In this document: piece after piece, positions 12,996-25,953 of the stretch
Layout: every line of letters begins with the position of its first letter
Position numbering within the stretch: position 1 is the first letter of the stretch
Assembly: GCA_024679065.1 (NCBI GenBank)
Contig: JAGIQG010000011.1
Span: 8,494,001-8,558,000, forward strand
DNA from: Sphyrna mokarran
Lineage: Eukaryota
Length of the DNA stretch: 64,000 bases
Reading direction: 5' to 3'
Notes under the pieces: generated by a model
Told to the model about the DNA's origin: nothing
Databases searched by the model: none
Seen by the model: the letters and a program-made list of their open reading frames with translations, nothing else
Translations under genes and position numbers: made by a program

Positions 12996-15166
12996 TCTGC
13001 CCACTTAAGAAAAAGAAATGAACCATCAACTTCAAAAATGGTTTCATTTTTTAAACCCTTTCAGTTTCACAGTATTAGTGCTCTTCAATATACATACATT
13101 TTATAAAATCAAAACATGCAAACAAAATTAGCAATCATTGTCTTTCACCATCGAACACTCCTTTTTTTTAAAATCACATTCGTGACAAAGCACCAACAAT
13201 CATATTTTGTCTTCCTGCCATGTGTATAATTTTTAGATTAAATGGCTGCAATAGTAGACTCCATTAAAACAGTCTAGCATTTTTAGTCTTAAATTTCTTC
13301 AGAAATGTCAACAGATTATGATCAGTACACAAAGTAGTCTCAGATAAATTACTGGCAACATAAATGTTAAAATGTTGCAATGCCAGCACCAAACTCAAAG
13401 TCTCTTTCTCAACCATTGAACATTTCTTCTTGTGATCATTCAATATTTTTGGAAAAATATCCAATAGGCTGCTCTAATATCACTATCCCTAGTAGCCAAT
13501 TTCAATACTTCTGTGTAATTTGGAATGGCCAACACAGGAGCAATGGTTAACAACGCCTTTAGGCTGTTAAATGCCTGTTGACACTGCCATCCTTGAAATT
13601 TATTTTGTTTCTTCAGCAAGTCAGTCATTGAACCAACCACGCTGCTAAATTTCAGTACAAATTTACGGTTAAAAACCATTCAAGCCCAGAAATCTAATTC
13701 TTTCTTGGCAATGGTATTGGGAACTCCCCAATAACTTTTATTTTCACATCCTGTGAGATCACCTGTCCATATCCAATTGTATGGCCAAGGACCATGACTT
13801 GGTCTTATCTAAACTCACTCTTAACTAGGTTTACCACCAAACCCATTTCCTGAAGTCAATCGAATAATTCCGCCAAATGTTCTTTCCATGTCTGAATAAG
13901 AATCACTGCATGGTCTATGTACACTGCACAATTGGATAATCCTGAAATAACTCTGTTGCTTAATCGCTGAAATGTAGCTGGGGCATTTTTCATGCCAAAT
14001 GGTATAACTTTAAACTGGTATAAACCATTTGGTGTCACAAAAGCTGAAATCTCCTTCGCCCTTTCAGGTAAAGGTACCTGCCAGCTATTTTTGATTAAAT
14101 CCAGTTTGGAAATAAAAGTGGATTGTCCCATCTTCTCAATGCAGTCCTCCAGTTGTGGAATAGGACAAGAGTCTGATTTTGTAATTGCATTAACCTTCCT
14201 TTAATCCACACACAATCATTGGATACCATCTGGTTTCAGTACCATCAGTTTGGGTGAGCTCCACTCATTGCAACTCACTTCAGCTATGTCGTTTTTAAGC
14301 ATACTTTCGATTTCCTTTTGAACCTTTGCCAATTTTTGAGGGTTGAGCCTATAAGGATGTCGTTTAATTGGAACAGCATTTCCCATATCTACATTATGTA
14401 TAACCATTCTAGTCCTCCCCAACCTATTCCCACATACTTGTCCAAGTGATATTCATATCTCTTTCAAGTCAGTTCTATTTTCCTCTGGAAGATAACTCAG
14501 TAATTTATCCCAATTTTTAATAATGTCCTTGTTATCCAATTTAATATGAGAAATAAAATTCAGAGTCATCTGGATTTGGTTCTTCCCTCTGAATTATAAC
14601 CAGTAAAACATCCTCATTTTTCTTTCTTTCCCAATCAAAATACCTTTTAAACATATTCACATGCCACACTCTGAGTTTTCCATCTAATCTGGTATTCCTA
14701 TCAAATAATTCACCTCACTCAGTTTCCTTTCAATTTGATAAGGCTCACTAAACCTTGCTTTTAAAGGTTCACCTACCGCTGATAGCCTATCCCCACAAGC
14801 AAAACTATAAATTTTTGATTTCTTAATTGCTTCCTCTTTCATCATATGCTGTGCTACTTTAAATATTGTTCAGCCAATTCATGTGTTCTATTCACCCTTT
14901 CCCTAAAATTTGACAGATAGGCCAATAATGTAGTCTCAGAACGCTCATCACCAATTTCTCCTTCGTCCCCTTACTTCATGACCAAAACCAATTCAAAAGG
15001 ACTGAATTTGGTTGACTCATTAGGTGCATCCCTAATTGCAAAGAACACAAATGGAATTCCTTTATCCCAATCCCCTGGATAACCTTGACAATAAGCCCTC
15101 AATGTTGTCTTTAAAGTTAGATACCACTGCTCTAATGCTCCCTGCGATTTTAGATAGTACACAGTT

Positions 15167-15265
15167 AGAATCATAGAATCCTACAGTGCAGAAGATCCTA
15201 GCTGGTCCCCCTGACTCTAAGGGGCAATTTAAGCATGGCCAATCCACCTAACCTGCACATCTTTG
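15167..15265 (-). mobile_element. Truncated HE1-type SINE nested in the integrase
   Basis: tagaatcatagaatcctacagtgcag tail plus gcatggccaatccacctaacctgcacatctttg. Confidence 0.8.
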
Positions 15266-17467
15266 AATAAATTGATTTCAAGTTGATCCAAATTGTTTTA
15301 TTCCGAAACTGTTCATAACCATCTTGAATAATTTTGTTGTAGAATTTGATCTGATTGTATTTTGTGGATAGTCTGTAACTAGGAAATAAATAAATAAATA
15401 ACTCCTCTATAATCCTTTAAGTTGTAATATTACATACTGGAATGGCCTTTGGAGACCTAGTATACACATTCATTATAGTCAAAACATTTTGATTCCCACT
15501 TTTTGTTCTAGGGAGGGTTCAAATGCAGTCAATTAAAACCCTGATTAAAGGTGCCTCAAATGCTGGAATGGGTATTAAGGGTACTGGTTTTATCACTGCT
15601 TGACGTTTCCCTATGACTTAACATGTATGACATGACCAACAAAATGTAACTATATCTTTATGCAGTCCAGACCAATAAAAATGTTTTGTGTTTTATCTTG
15701 AGCTTTCCCTACTCCCAAATGACCTTTTACTGATACCTCATGTGCTACTCACAACACCTCCTTTCTATACCCTACTAGCAATACACTTGATGAACTTCTG
15801 CCCACTCTTCATCTGACTGAAGATGTAAAGGTCTCTATTTCCTCATTAAGATATCATTTTTAAGGTAATAATATTCTGGTATACACTCAGATTCCTCTTC
15901 CATCTATACTTTCTGATATAACTGTTTTATTTCTATATCTTTCTGATGTAACTCTGCCAACTTTCCCAAGCTAAAATATCCATTTCATCCTCCACCTGTT
16001 CTTGTTCTTTTCCAATGGTCTGATCAAAAATTGTTTTTGATAATTGAACTTCACCTTTCTTATCTTCACTCTTTGATTACTCTTCTTCTCTTAACTTATA
16101 ACTTTGTTACTATGTGTCAGGAAAAGTGTGTCTTTTAGCAATTCAGTTGGTTGATTCTCCACTGGCTTTTAAACCACAGTGGGCACCAACCGTGATCCCA
16201 CTATTTTACTACTCAACATAAACTGCATTGCTAGACAAAATAATTTCTCTATTACTACCACTATTGCTTCAACACACTTCACTGGACTGTCCAACCACAT
16301 CTTGTATAATGGAATACTATTCTTCCCACCCTGAATTCCACCAATTACCACCTTTCCTGGCAATACTCCTCCACAAATATGTGACTCCTCCTCTCTTACT
16401 ATCAAAGATTAACTTACTTCGTTATCTCTTAAAATTTTAACTTCTTTACCTACTCCTCCTGGTACATACGAGTAAACTTTACTCAAAGAACTACATTCTT
16501 TAATCATATCTAGCACCTTCTTATCAATAAACTTCTGATCAGGCTTTATATTTGTTTACAGCTCTTTCACTTCAATTGGCCTTTCCTTTATCACATTAAC
16601 AAACCCGACTGTTTTATTCCTGTTTTACCAAGTCAGTCTTCCAAGTGTTTTTCTTAAATCACCAATATTACAACTTTACATGGCTTAATTTATTACAGTG
16701 AAAACGTCTGAGGCTTTTTAATTCTCTTCCACCCCCTGTATTTCCTTTTTAACCTGAGATATACTGTCTTTATTATCTCCCACAAGATGTCTTTTAGCTT
16801 TATCACCTGAGTATTTCTCTTTCCCAGTTTCTTTCCCTCATAGGCTGAAACTGATGTTGAAAACCAAACTTTGATTTATGATCTAATTCATAATCATCTG
16901 CTGTTTTTTCTGGTACTAACCTTGCAATTTTATACATTTGCACTTTTAACATTTCAAGTTCAAATTGTCTTTCTAGTTCCTGAAGTTCTAATTTTCTTTT
17001 TCTTTTTGATCCACTAGGACTGGCTCTCCTTTCCTTTTCCTTTTCCCTTCCCTGCAATTCAAGCAGTTTCTTTTTCCTGTTGTAATTCAAACTATTTCAA
17101 TTATTTTGCTTTTTGTTCCTCCCTTTCTTTTGCTTTTGCTGCTGCAGTTGTCTTTCTTTTAATTGTTTTTTTTCTCTGCTACTCTCTCTTTTTTCTTTAT
17201 TTGGAATTCAAGCTGCTTTAATTCTTTTTCATGTTCAAGCTGTTTCATTTGTAATTAACACCATTTCCAATGACTTTGACTATGTTTCTGACGATTTTAA
17301 ATGCTCAGCTATTGCCACAATTATTTCCCCTTTCCTTACACTGTCAGGCAATACCAACTGCAATTTTTTGCTAATTCCAAAAGCTTTGTTTTAATCCCCT
17401 TTTGTGAGGTACCTTGTGTGGTTTCCCTACGTAATAGACTGCGTATTACGTCTATTACGCAGACGTA

Positions 17468-20400
17468 ATCAAGGCACCAGCAGGTGAGCCAGTAGCTTCA
17501 ATGAACAAAACAAGATTCCACTCAATGAATGTTCAGATTGTCTGTGACCGTACGACAATATCAAGGAGCCCACATAATTTTTACATCTTGCAAACTCACA
17601 AGGTATCAAGGTGGTTCTTGCACAATTAGATGGATGACTCTTGGGTGACAAGGATTATTCTTTGTCACCCTGATGAGTGTGATGGCTGATGACCCCACTC
17701 TGACACCTGAGAATTGAGGCCAAGGAGAGCTCTAATAGGATTTATGTCTCCACAAAATTTAGCATAGAGGTATTTACTCTGAAGAAGGAGAGGGACTGAA
17801 GGTAGAAGAGATTAGGTGAGTGCACACAGTGTCCAAGAGAGAGAGACCTTTGAGAGGAAAGACACAGGGTCAGTTAGTGCAAGGACAGCCAAGATGGGAT
17901 CAGTCAATTGCCTGATACAATTGTGCGCATCTGATTGAGAGACACTGCACAGGTTCCCCCAATGAGCTCTGAAAAGAATTGCAGGTGTAGAAGTTGAGGG
18001 CCACTGTGACCTGTTGAATGGGTCTTCAGATGCACAGTCCGCTCCGGGCGAGCATTGCAGTATCCTCCAGAACATGTCTTCCTCATAGTCGTCAAATGCT
18101 GCATCCTATGTAATCTTTCTCTTTCAGGAAAGTACCCAAAAAAAGCAAAGGAAAGCTAGACAGATTCTGATTAGAATGAACCATGTGAGGAAGAGCCTAG
18201 GAATGCACCAGATGAGGGCATTGAAAATATTCAAGCAACAGGAACATTTAGGGGCAAGGAGCAGGAGGGTGCTTTGATCCAGCAAACTTTCAGCTAGGTA
18301 TCCAAGGTATCGATGCTTACTCAATCCAATGTTTGCAAAAAGTTATTAAAGGAGAGCCCAATCCAGAACTCCAGCACCACACAATGCCTTACAGATACAA
18401 TTCTGGACTGCATCTGGCTACTATTCAAAGCCAACTCAGCCCATTAAAGAAAATGTTTGTGTTACTTTACATGAAGAAAGAAAGAGAATGGAAACTTCCC
18501 ATACTTAGTGGAAGCTTCTAAATAATAAATGCAAATAATGTCACTTGTCACACACTCCCTTTTGTGCTCAAGGTACCCTTAAACTTAGGCCTATAAGTAC
18601 TGCATTTTGGTGGCCCCTGCAACCTCCTGACTGGCAGAGGTATTAGAGGCAGTCTGCTTATTGTACTGTCCTGGTGGCCGTGATTACCCTGACATTTGTT
18701 CTTCGGCTGCCTAAGCCTAAATTAGCTCCAATTAGGGCACTTAAAGCATGCATCCCTCAGTTGTTGCAACATCATTAGGTGCTGCAGCCACTAGCAGAGG
18801 GGTGCAGAAGCTGTTACCTCATCCAAAGTGTTCTGAGAGAAACCCACAGAGATGACCAGCATCACATTCACCAGCATGAGCTGCATTTGCATCTCCCTGC
18901 TCACCATTGATGGACAGACACACAGAGCAGACCAACAAGGCACTCCATCCATTTCTCACATCATGGCCTGCTGAGCTCACAGGTGGTGTGTTGAATTGCA
19001 GGCCTAATTGTGATCCCTGGAACCTATCATTCTGTTTCTGAAGCTGCATTTCCATGAGAGTCCTCACTCTCTTAATGAAGGAAGCTGTGCACTCAGTGCT
19101 CAGGATCACTGCAATGATCATATTTCTCATGGACTCCTCAATGACAGAAGCTATGCCCGCAGGTCCTCATGGATCTCCGTCATATCTCCCTGCCCCCTCC
19201 ACTGTACATACAACTGCCTGATGGATATCTCCAGAAGCTTGTAATCTGCCCTTGCTTCAGCATTGTCCTGGTCTCCAGCAGTGGTCCCACTGCACGCTTG
19301 GACTTTTCTACCTCTGCCATCTCCTCAAGCAAATGTGATGTGTTCCCATCATCGTGCACTACCTGTGGAGACAATGATCTAATGATTACTGGCATGTGAG
19401 GACCTGTGCCGTTGCCTGATTCAGAGAGCAACAGTGTGACATAGGTATAGGAACGATGTTTTCCTGGCTTCTTAAAGGGAAATCCGTGTGTTTGCCTGCA
19501 GCTCCTGTAGATGATGCATCTGCAGAAAGATAGCACAACAGCAGTAAATTAAATTATCATCATCACTATACATGTTAGGTAGCCTGCTGAGACAATGTAG
19601 ATCTGTTGTATGGTACCATCTGCATTGAAGTTTCAATGAGTACGCTGCCCGCGACAGCTCATTTTCTGATGAGAGGAGCTTGTGACACATCTGGAACCTA
19701 CATGCTTATCTTCATCCCAGATTTCCATCTCACCATGGCCAGAGACCAAAATGGTTGGTGGCACTCCAGCTCAAGAAGAATCCTTGGCTAGGGCTAGGGC
19801 TAGGGCGAGGGCTAAGTAGATTTGGGATTCCCCCAAAGGTTCAGATGTGGTCTGCTATGTTGTGATGTACCTTCTCTCAACAGGGAACTGTGGAAAACCT
19901 CATTGATGTCCCCTCCCCCTATCTGGGCATTACGCGAGACATTTTACTGTGATACACTTACCCATCCAATGCATTGAGAGTGCATACCAGCCTTTGCAGG
20001 GCAAGCTTCAGTGCCAGTTCACATGCAAACTTAGTCTCATAAGCACATAGGGGAATGGACTCTTGACTACATCTCTCTAATAGGCTTACCTTTGCTATCC
20101 ACAGAAGATCATTGAATCTTTTGCGGCATTGAAACCAAGTATGGCACGTGACATTGCACCTACTAACCTCAGCAGCAATCCCCAATATGCGTTCTTTGTC
20201 AAGTGGAGTGGCCTTTTCTTGCCATCCTGTTGCCTGGCACTGAGATCCTTCCTGCATTAGAGCATCCAGGCATTCATCAGTGAAACAGGCATATTTGACT
20301 ACCTGACCTGCCCACCTGCCTCACATGACCTTCTGGTGTTAATACCATTACTATTCATGACACAACTAGCAATTGTTGAATTAAGCTCCCTCAGCCTCTC

Positions 20401-20617
20401 CACAACTCCTGGGTATACTCAGGGAGCTGTCATTGGCCACTGCCTGACTAGCTCCCACACCCATGCCTAACTGGAAGATGATTTCATATTGGGTAGGCTT
20501 GAATTAGCCACCTAGCATGATATTGTTCTAACTATGCGATCCCTGGCATGAGCAGGTTTTACAACCTCTTCCGATCATGTCGACATCAGGTGCATCCTGA
20601 AGGTAAAACCTAGGCCC
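17468..20617. mobile_element. Harbinger/PIF transposon (left end deleted): plus-strand transposase converging on a minus-strand Myb/SANT gene
   Basis: IKAPAGEP..FHSMNVQIVCD, LLGDKDY..WLMTP, LQYPPE..CCIL at 17468-18120; AAEVSRCNVTCHTWFQCRKRFNDL near 20090-20190; TIR-like gtaaaacctaggccc ending 20617. Confidence 0.85.
19786..19814 (+). repeat. (GGGCTA)n hexamer microsatellite, G-quadruplex-compatible
   Basis: ggctagggctagggctagggcgagggcta. Confidence 0.85.
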
Positions 20618-21085
20618 TTGTCTTCTACTGTCAAAACAATCGCAAATATTTGTTCAAAGTTTCTACTATTTTCTCATTCTGCATTATAATTTATCAAGAC
20701 TCTGCCTCAAAAGGACCAAACTTATCTACACTTCTCTTTATGTAAAAGCTCTTAAAATCTATTTTTTACATTCCTGGCTTTTTCCTCTCTTTTGATTAAC
20801 TTTCTGGTCACCCATTACTGGCCTCTCTTAATCTAATGTTAGTCTTAATTTCCCTTCTAAGCCATGGATGCACCTTGCCCACGGTGTTTTTGTTTTTTTT
20901 AATTGAATGTATGTTTGTGGAAAAATTTTAGTAGTTTTTTTCTCAGTGTTCCCAATTGTTTGTTCACAGCCATTTCTTGCAGCCTGTTTATCTGATCAAT
21001 CTTAGTCAGCTCTCCCTCACTCCCAATTGAGGGAGGTTTCAAGTTTAAGGTTATATTGGATCCAAATATATTACTCTCAATCTTA
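20618..21085 (-). mobile_element. CR1 ORF2 internal fragment
   Basis: Decayed tether-region sequence (caaatatttgttcaa..cttctaagccatggatg..tcagctctccc). Confidence 0.5.
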
Positions 21086-21089
21086 GCCA

Positions 21090-21359
21090 AGCCCCATCTC
21101 CATATCCCTGCATATTTACCTTGACTAATTCAACTTACACATTTTAGGACACTAAGGGCAATTTAGCATGGCCAATCTACCTAACTTGCACATCTTTGGA
21201 TTGTGGGAGGAAACCGGTGCACCCGGAGGAAATCCACCCAGACACCAGGAGAAGGTGCAAACTCCACAAGATAGTCAGCCAAGGCCAGAATTGAATCCAG
21301 TTGCTGGCACTGTGAGTTAGCAATGTTAACCATTATACCACTGTGCCAGCGTGCTGCCC
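21090..21359 (-). mobile_element. HE1-type V-SINE
   Basis: gcatggccaatctacctaac..gtgggaggaaaccgg..gcaaactccaca..gtgctgccc. Confidence 0.88.
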
Positions 21360-23649
21360 TTTATCTAATAAAAAAAGAGCCAGCCTTGAAAGCTGCAACT
21401 TTTTTTTTGGAAGCAGAATCCAAATTTCTTATTACTCTTACGTGAACAAAGTACATCAATTAGAATGACCAAAGGGAGGTGAATTCAAAGAAAGGAGAGT
21501 AAGAAGAACTTTAAATGGAGATTTAACTCACTAATCAATTGGAATAATCTGTGTGAAATTTCTCTCTGCACTATTTTCCCTGAAAAGAATTAAAGGTGCC
21601 AAACTTTTGTTTAGGTATGGAGGTACTTTTCAGTGTGTGAATGGCCACATTTAGTTTTTCAGAAAAAAATCTAATTTTCCTCTGTATTCCCAACCCCATA
21701 TCGATTTTCCTCTGGCATTTTTACAAATTGAGAATGTCTAGAATCCAAAATGCACATTCTGAAATCAGGTCCCCATTTTAAATGGGGATGAAATTAGATT
21801 TCCTTCCACGTACCATTTTTGTTGAGTGAGGCAAGAAAGTCCATTAAAAGCACAGCAGGTTTGAGAGCTTGTGAAGCAAATGGAAAGACTGGAACATTTG
21901 AAAGATCATTCCAAATGCACTATTAGGCGTTGTAATGTAGATGTGCTTTCAATGCCATGGTTTATCACGGGGATCTATCTTTGAAAATTACACTGATCCT
22001 TACATCGACAATCTTGTGTAATTGTTCACATGTATTATAGTAATTTTCTGATGGAGAAAGCACCATAATACAATGAAAAATAATACAAAATGTCCTGTCA
22101 GCCTGTAGTGTCATCTTTTGTACGGTGCTAAAAGAAAACCTGGTTCTGATGCTCGAACAAAATTTACATCTGGAAAAAAATAGAAGCATTTGTTCTCTTA
22201 CATTTATCAGCAGAGCTCAATTTTAAAATTGAAATGACTACCTTCTGTTCTTTCCCTCCCAAGATTAGTTCATTATTAGGAGAACTATGTCAATATCAAT
22301 GCTTGGTTGGGCTTCAAGTCTTAGTGGGTTTCAGCATATGAGGTGTTACACTCATCTGAGAATGAATGACAGTTTTCAAAAGGTTATAACAACAAATTGT
22401 TTCTTTAGTGTGGTTTCTGTTTTATTTATATAAGCAAATAGGAGCACTATTTATTATCAGTGATCAGAAGGATTTTTTCACACAGCACAAAGTACTTTTT
22501 CTGAATATGGAGGGTATGGAGACTTTTATTAAATGATAAAATGTTTAATTTTCTACAAGAATTGTAAAATATTTTACATTGATATTGCATGGAATTTGAG
22601 GACTGTACATATTGTGTATTGGGGGTATAGTGTAGATGATACAGGGGTGTCAGTGAGGTACCATAGGGTGATGTGGATAATCTGAGGGGCATGGGTTGCC
22701 ACAGGTGGAGAGAGTAAGAGAAGTGAAAGATGATGTTTAGGGGTCTTTAATTACTGATAGGGTCAGAATACTTTGTTGGAGAACTAGGTGAGCCTTTTAA
22801 TTCCTCAATATATTTATCAATATGGCTTGCAAACTGCACCATGAACATGATCCCAGTGTGAAAAGACAAAAGTGGTATGTGAAATCATGGATCAGTATAC
22901 AATTCGCAAGTCACAAAGGTGCACTGGTCTGGTTTCCTGAATGCAGAATGGAAAATACCACAAGCATTGTTGTGAATATTACTACAATAAGCAACCTACA
23001 TGAGTTCAATACATTTCCAAGTATAGCTGAAGAATAATTACCAGGAGATAGCCTAGATATTGGAGGGGGGAGTGAGATTTTGAAAGCAATGTAGTAGCTT
23101 GGTGAGAAATTGATAAAATCTCATCATCACCTCTACTGGCTTGAGAATTAAACAGTCATCCTTCACTAGACTTCAACACTTGTTTGAGAGGTGTGAAACC
23201 CAAGAAAGTACCTCAGCTGTTCTATTAGGAGGCTGTTCCTAATTAGTGCATTTAACAGTAATTAACACTCCCATATTAACAGTCAGATTGACTATTTAAA
23301 AGCTGTCATACACCATCAGTCACAGGAATTACCTCTGAAATTACTAGTGCAATTATAATGTATGCACAACTTCCCCTGCACAGCATAGCTCTGTACCACT
23401 GCTACATTAAAACAAGAGCTACATATTTTTAAACATTTCAGTGATTATTTTAAAGAAAGATATGCTTGATTCCAATTATTCATTGCTGCAGTCTCCAGTC
23501 TCAAATTATAAATTCTTTCTTAATTTAGGAAGATTGTCTAATCAAAAGGGTGAATCAGCTGTAGAGTAATCATTGTCATTTTAGAAACTGGACTGCTATT
23601 TCCTTGAGTTTTCAATGCAAGACATTGAATAAGTTAACATGGAAGTAGT

Positions 23650-24200
23650 AGCCTAGAAAAGGGATTGCATTTAGAAATGCTTGATTGGGGAACAGGATTT
23701 ACTTTGCATGTACCTGTTAGTGTTGACTTAAGACAACACAATATAGTGTCTGTATTTGTTATGATTATTAGGTACTTAGCCAGCATTATTTATTATCAGC
23801 ACTCTGCTTTTGAGATTGGATCTGCAACAGCCAAGCAGGTAATGGCTCTTAAAGGAATAGTGCACGCTGGCTGCATAGCCCAGAGAAACACTTAGAAAGT
23901 GAAGAATGGCAGCAGACCTGGCAGATCATACTTCCAATTTTAATGACAACGCTTGCAGGTTTTGAAGCAGGCAGTAGACAGAAGGAAGATCCATTTCTCT
24001 CCCATGAAACAGAAATTCCTCTCAGTAACAATTCTACTGACAATGGAAAGAGGTAGCAAGGAAAAGAAATGTCAGCGCATGGTTGGAATGACCACATCAA
24101 AATTATCAAGCTAAGGAAACTACTCTGTTACAATCTGCTCACATCTCCACTATGACAGTATATTGGACGATGCAGCTCCAATTTGTGTAGTGGCTGCATG
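23650..24200 (+). pseudogene. Harbinger Myb/SANT gene remnant
   Basis: MAAD..SNFND..LQVLKQAVDRR resembles the Myb N-terminal RFSD..LEVLL.AV..RR pattern. Confidence 0.4.
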
Positions 24201-24807
24201 CTGAGCATGGACAATATTCTGTCCAAAATGGATTAAGTGGTCAGTCCCATCAGCACAATTGTGACACCATACAACTGATAGCCTCTTCTAAAAGCATAAA
24301 TAGCTATCATTATGTAATAGCAATCACTAACGCTTGCATTCTGTATTTGAGCAGATCTACATAAATGCTGACATGTAGTTCCAGGAGAGGGGAATTGTCT
24401 TCTTGGGAAAGACATTTTCTGTTCTCACTGACTTTTCATTTGACCCACATGAGGAGCCAGAAAGGACAGAAAATGCCTATATTGTACCTGTATTGTACCA
24501 CAGAGCTAGTTAGGCTACTTTTCCCCAGGTTTTAGCAAGATGTTATAGTCTGTAGCCAGACACTCAATACCTAGAGCTGCTCAAGATCACCAATCAGTCA
24601 TCTGAAGTGTCCTCAAGAAAAGCCTTCTACATCCCAAATTATAGCCATTTGAATACTTCAAAGAGGTATTAGGAAAATGAACACAAAACCAGGTATTATA
24701 AGCTTGCAAAAGAGCAAATTTTAATAATTTCTGTTCACTGTAGAAATTTATCACTGTTTGACAAATTAGCTTTTGTTCTGGATCTGATGGTGTTTGTAAA
24801 GGTGTCA

Positions 24808-24990
24808 TAGTCCTTGCAGACCATAGGCTGGTGGTGATTTAACCTAAGGGTCAACTCACCTTAGGTGAGGAACAAGGTTAAGAAAGTGGGACTTCACAAA
24901 TTATCTTAGCCAGTATGGTAACTGAACCCATACTTGGCATCACTCTGCATCACAAACCAGTCTTCCAGCCAACTGAGCTAAATCAACCAT
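24808..24990 (-). mobile_element. tRNA-derived SINE (same family as 30170-30385)
   Basis: Reverse-complement similarity to 30170-30385 (gctcagttggctgga..ggtttgtgatgcagag..ggttaaatcaccacca). Confidence 0.8.
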
Positions 24991-25953
24991 TAGTTGTAGT
25001 GAAGGGATGGTAAAACCAATATGGCTGGAATATAGGAAGGTAATTGTATGTTGGTAGTAAAGATTACATTAATAATAGTGTGACTTCCTGTATTGAGAAA
25101 GAGAGTTATGGTTTAGATAAAATGTTGTTGCCCCGGATGCTATTTCAGAGCTGTGACAGTTAGGGGCATTAATCATTGATGCTCTACTTCCTCTCATGCT
25201 CCTCCTTCCATTTCCTCCCTTCTTCCTGATACTGCTGAATTTGGCATATTCCAAGGTACCTTGCATCCTGTGGAAGCCAGCAATATGGGAAAAGACTAGT
25301 ACTCACTTGGTTTGTTCATTATGTCCATAGTGAGTGGGATGACAATGCTATTCCTGATGCAGAAAACCTTGGTATCCTCCTCAATATGGCTGTGGACTGA
25401 AACTGTGATATCCTGCGGATGTTACCTGCAGCAAACTGAAAGAAGCCCATGACCTAAAAGTTTAAGGGGCACAGGCAGTTCTGTCTCATGCTCCAGTTTA
25501 AGACTTGAATTGTGGCTACAACAAGTAGGCACAAACAAGAAGGGTCAAAAGGCCTGTTTCTGAGCTATAATTTTCTATGGTTCTAAGTGATGTAGATCAA
25601 TGATAGACTCCTCGTAAAACATTGTTGCTTCATACATTAAAGAGAAGTTGAGGGAAGAGAAATTTTCCTGGAATACAAGTTATGGGTGTGCTCTCCTGCA
25701 TGCCGTCTTCTTCCAGCTGTCATAGCTGTTCTTGCACTCTGTTGTCTTCCTTGCTTTGAGAACAGCATTACCAGACCCATCACTGTATTCAAACTATTTA
25801 TAAACTGGCTAAAAATAGTCCAACACCAACACTAGGACATCTTGGCAGTTGATCTTGAACTCTCTAGAGTTAGAAAACATGCCAAAACCAAAAGCACAGA
25901 TTCAGCAGTCTGAAATGACAAACCTATTAATACCTCAGAATCCCTTTCAATAG

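Larger units (their letters stand above)
12292..17425 (-). mobile_element. Gmr1-like Ty3/Gypsy LTR retrotransposon (gag-PR-INT-RT-RH), decayed, 5' LTR lost
   Basis: Zn-knuckle remnant near 16660-16710; INT HHCC (H..GHLG..SCHTC) near 15620-15745 and core (WDKGIP..FSPFELV); RT (PYRLNP, LDL, PFGMKNAPATFQR, YIDH) 13856-14422; RH (EKETLSLVLALQHF, TDH) 13264-13500. Confidence 0.92.
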
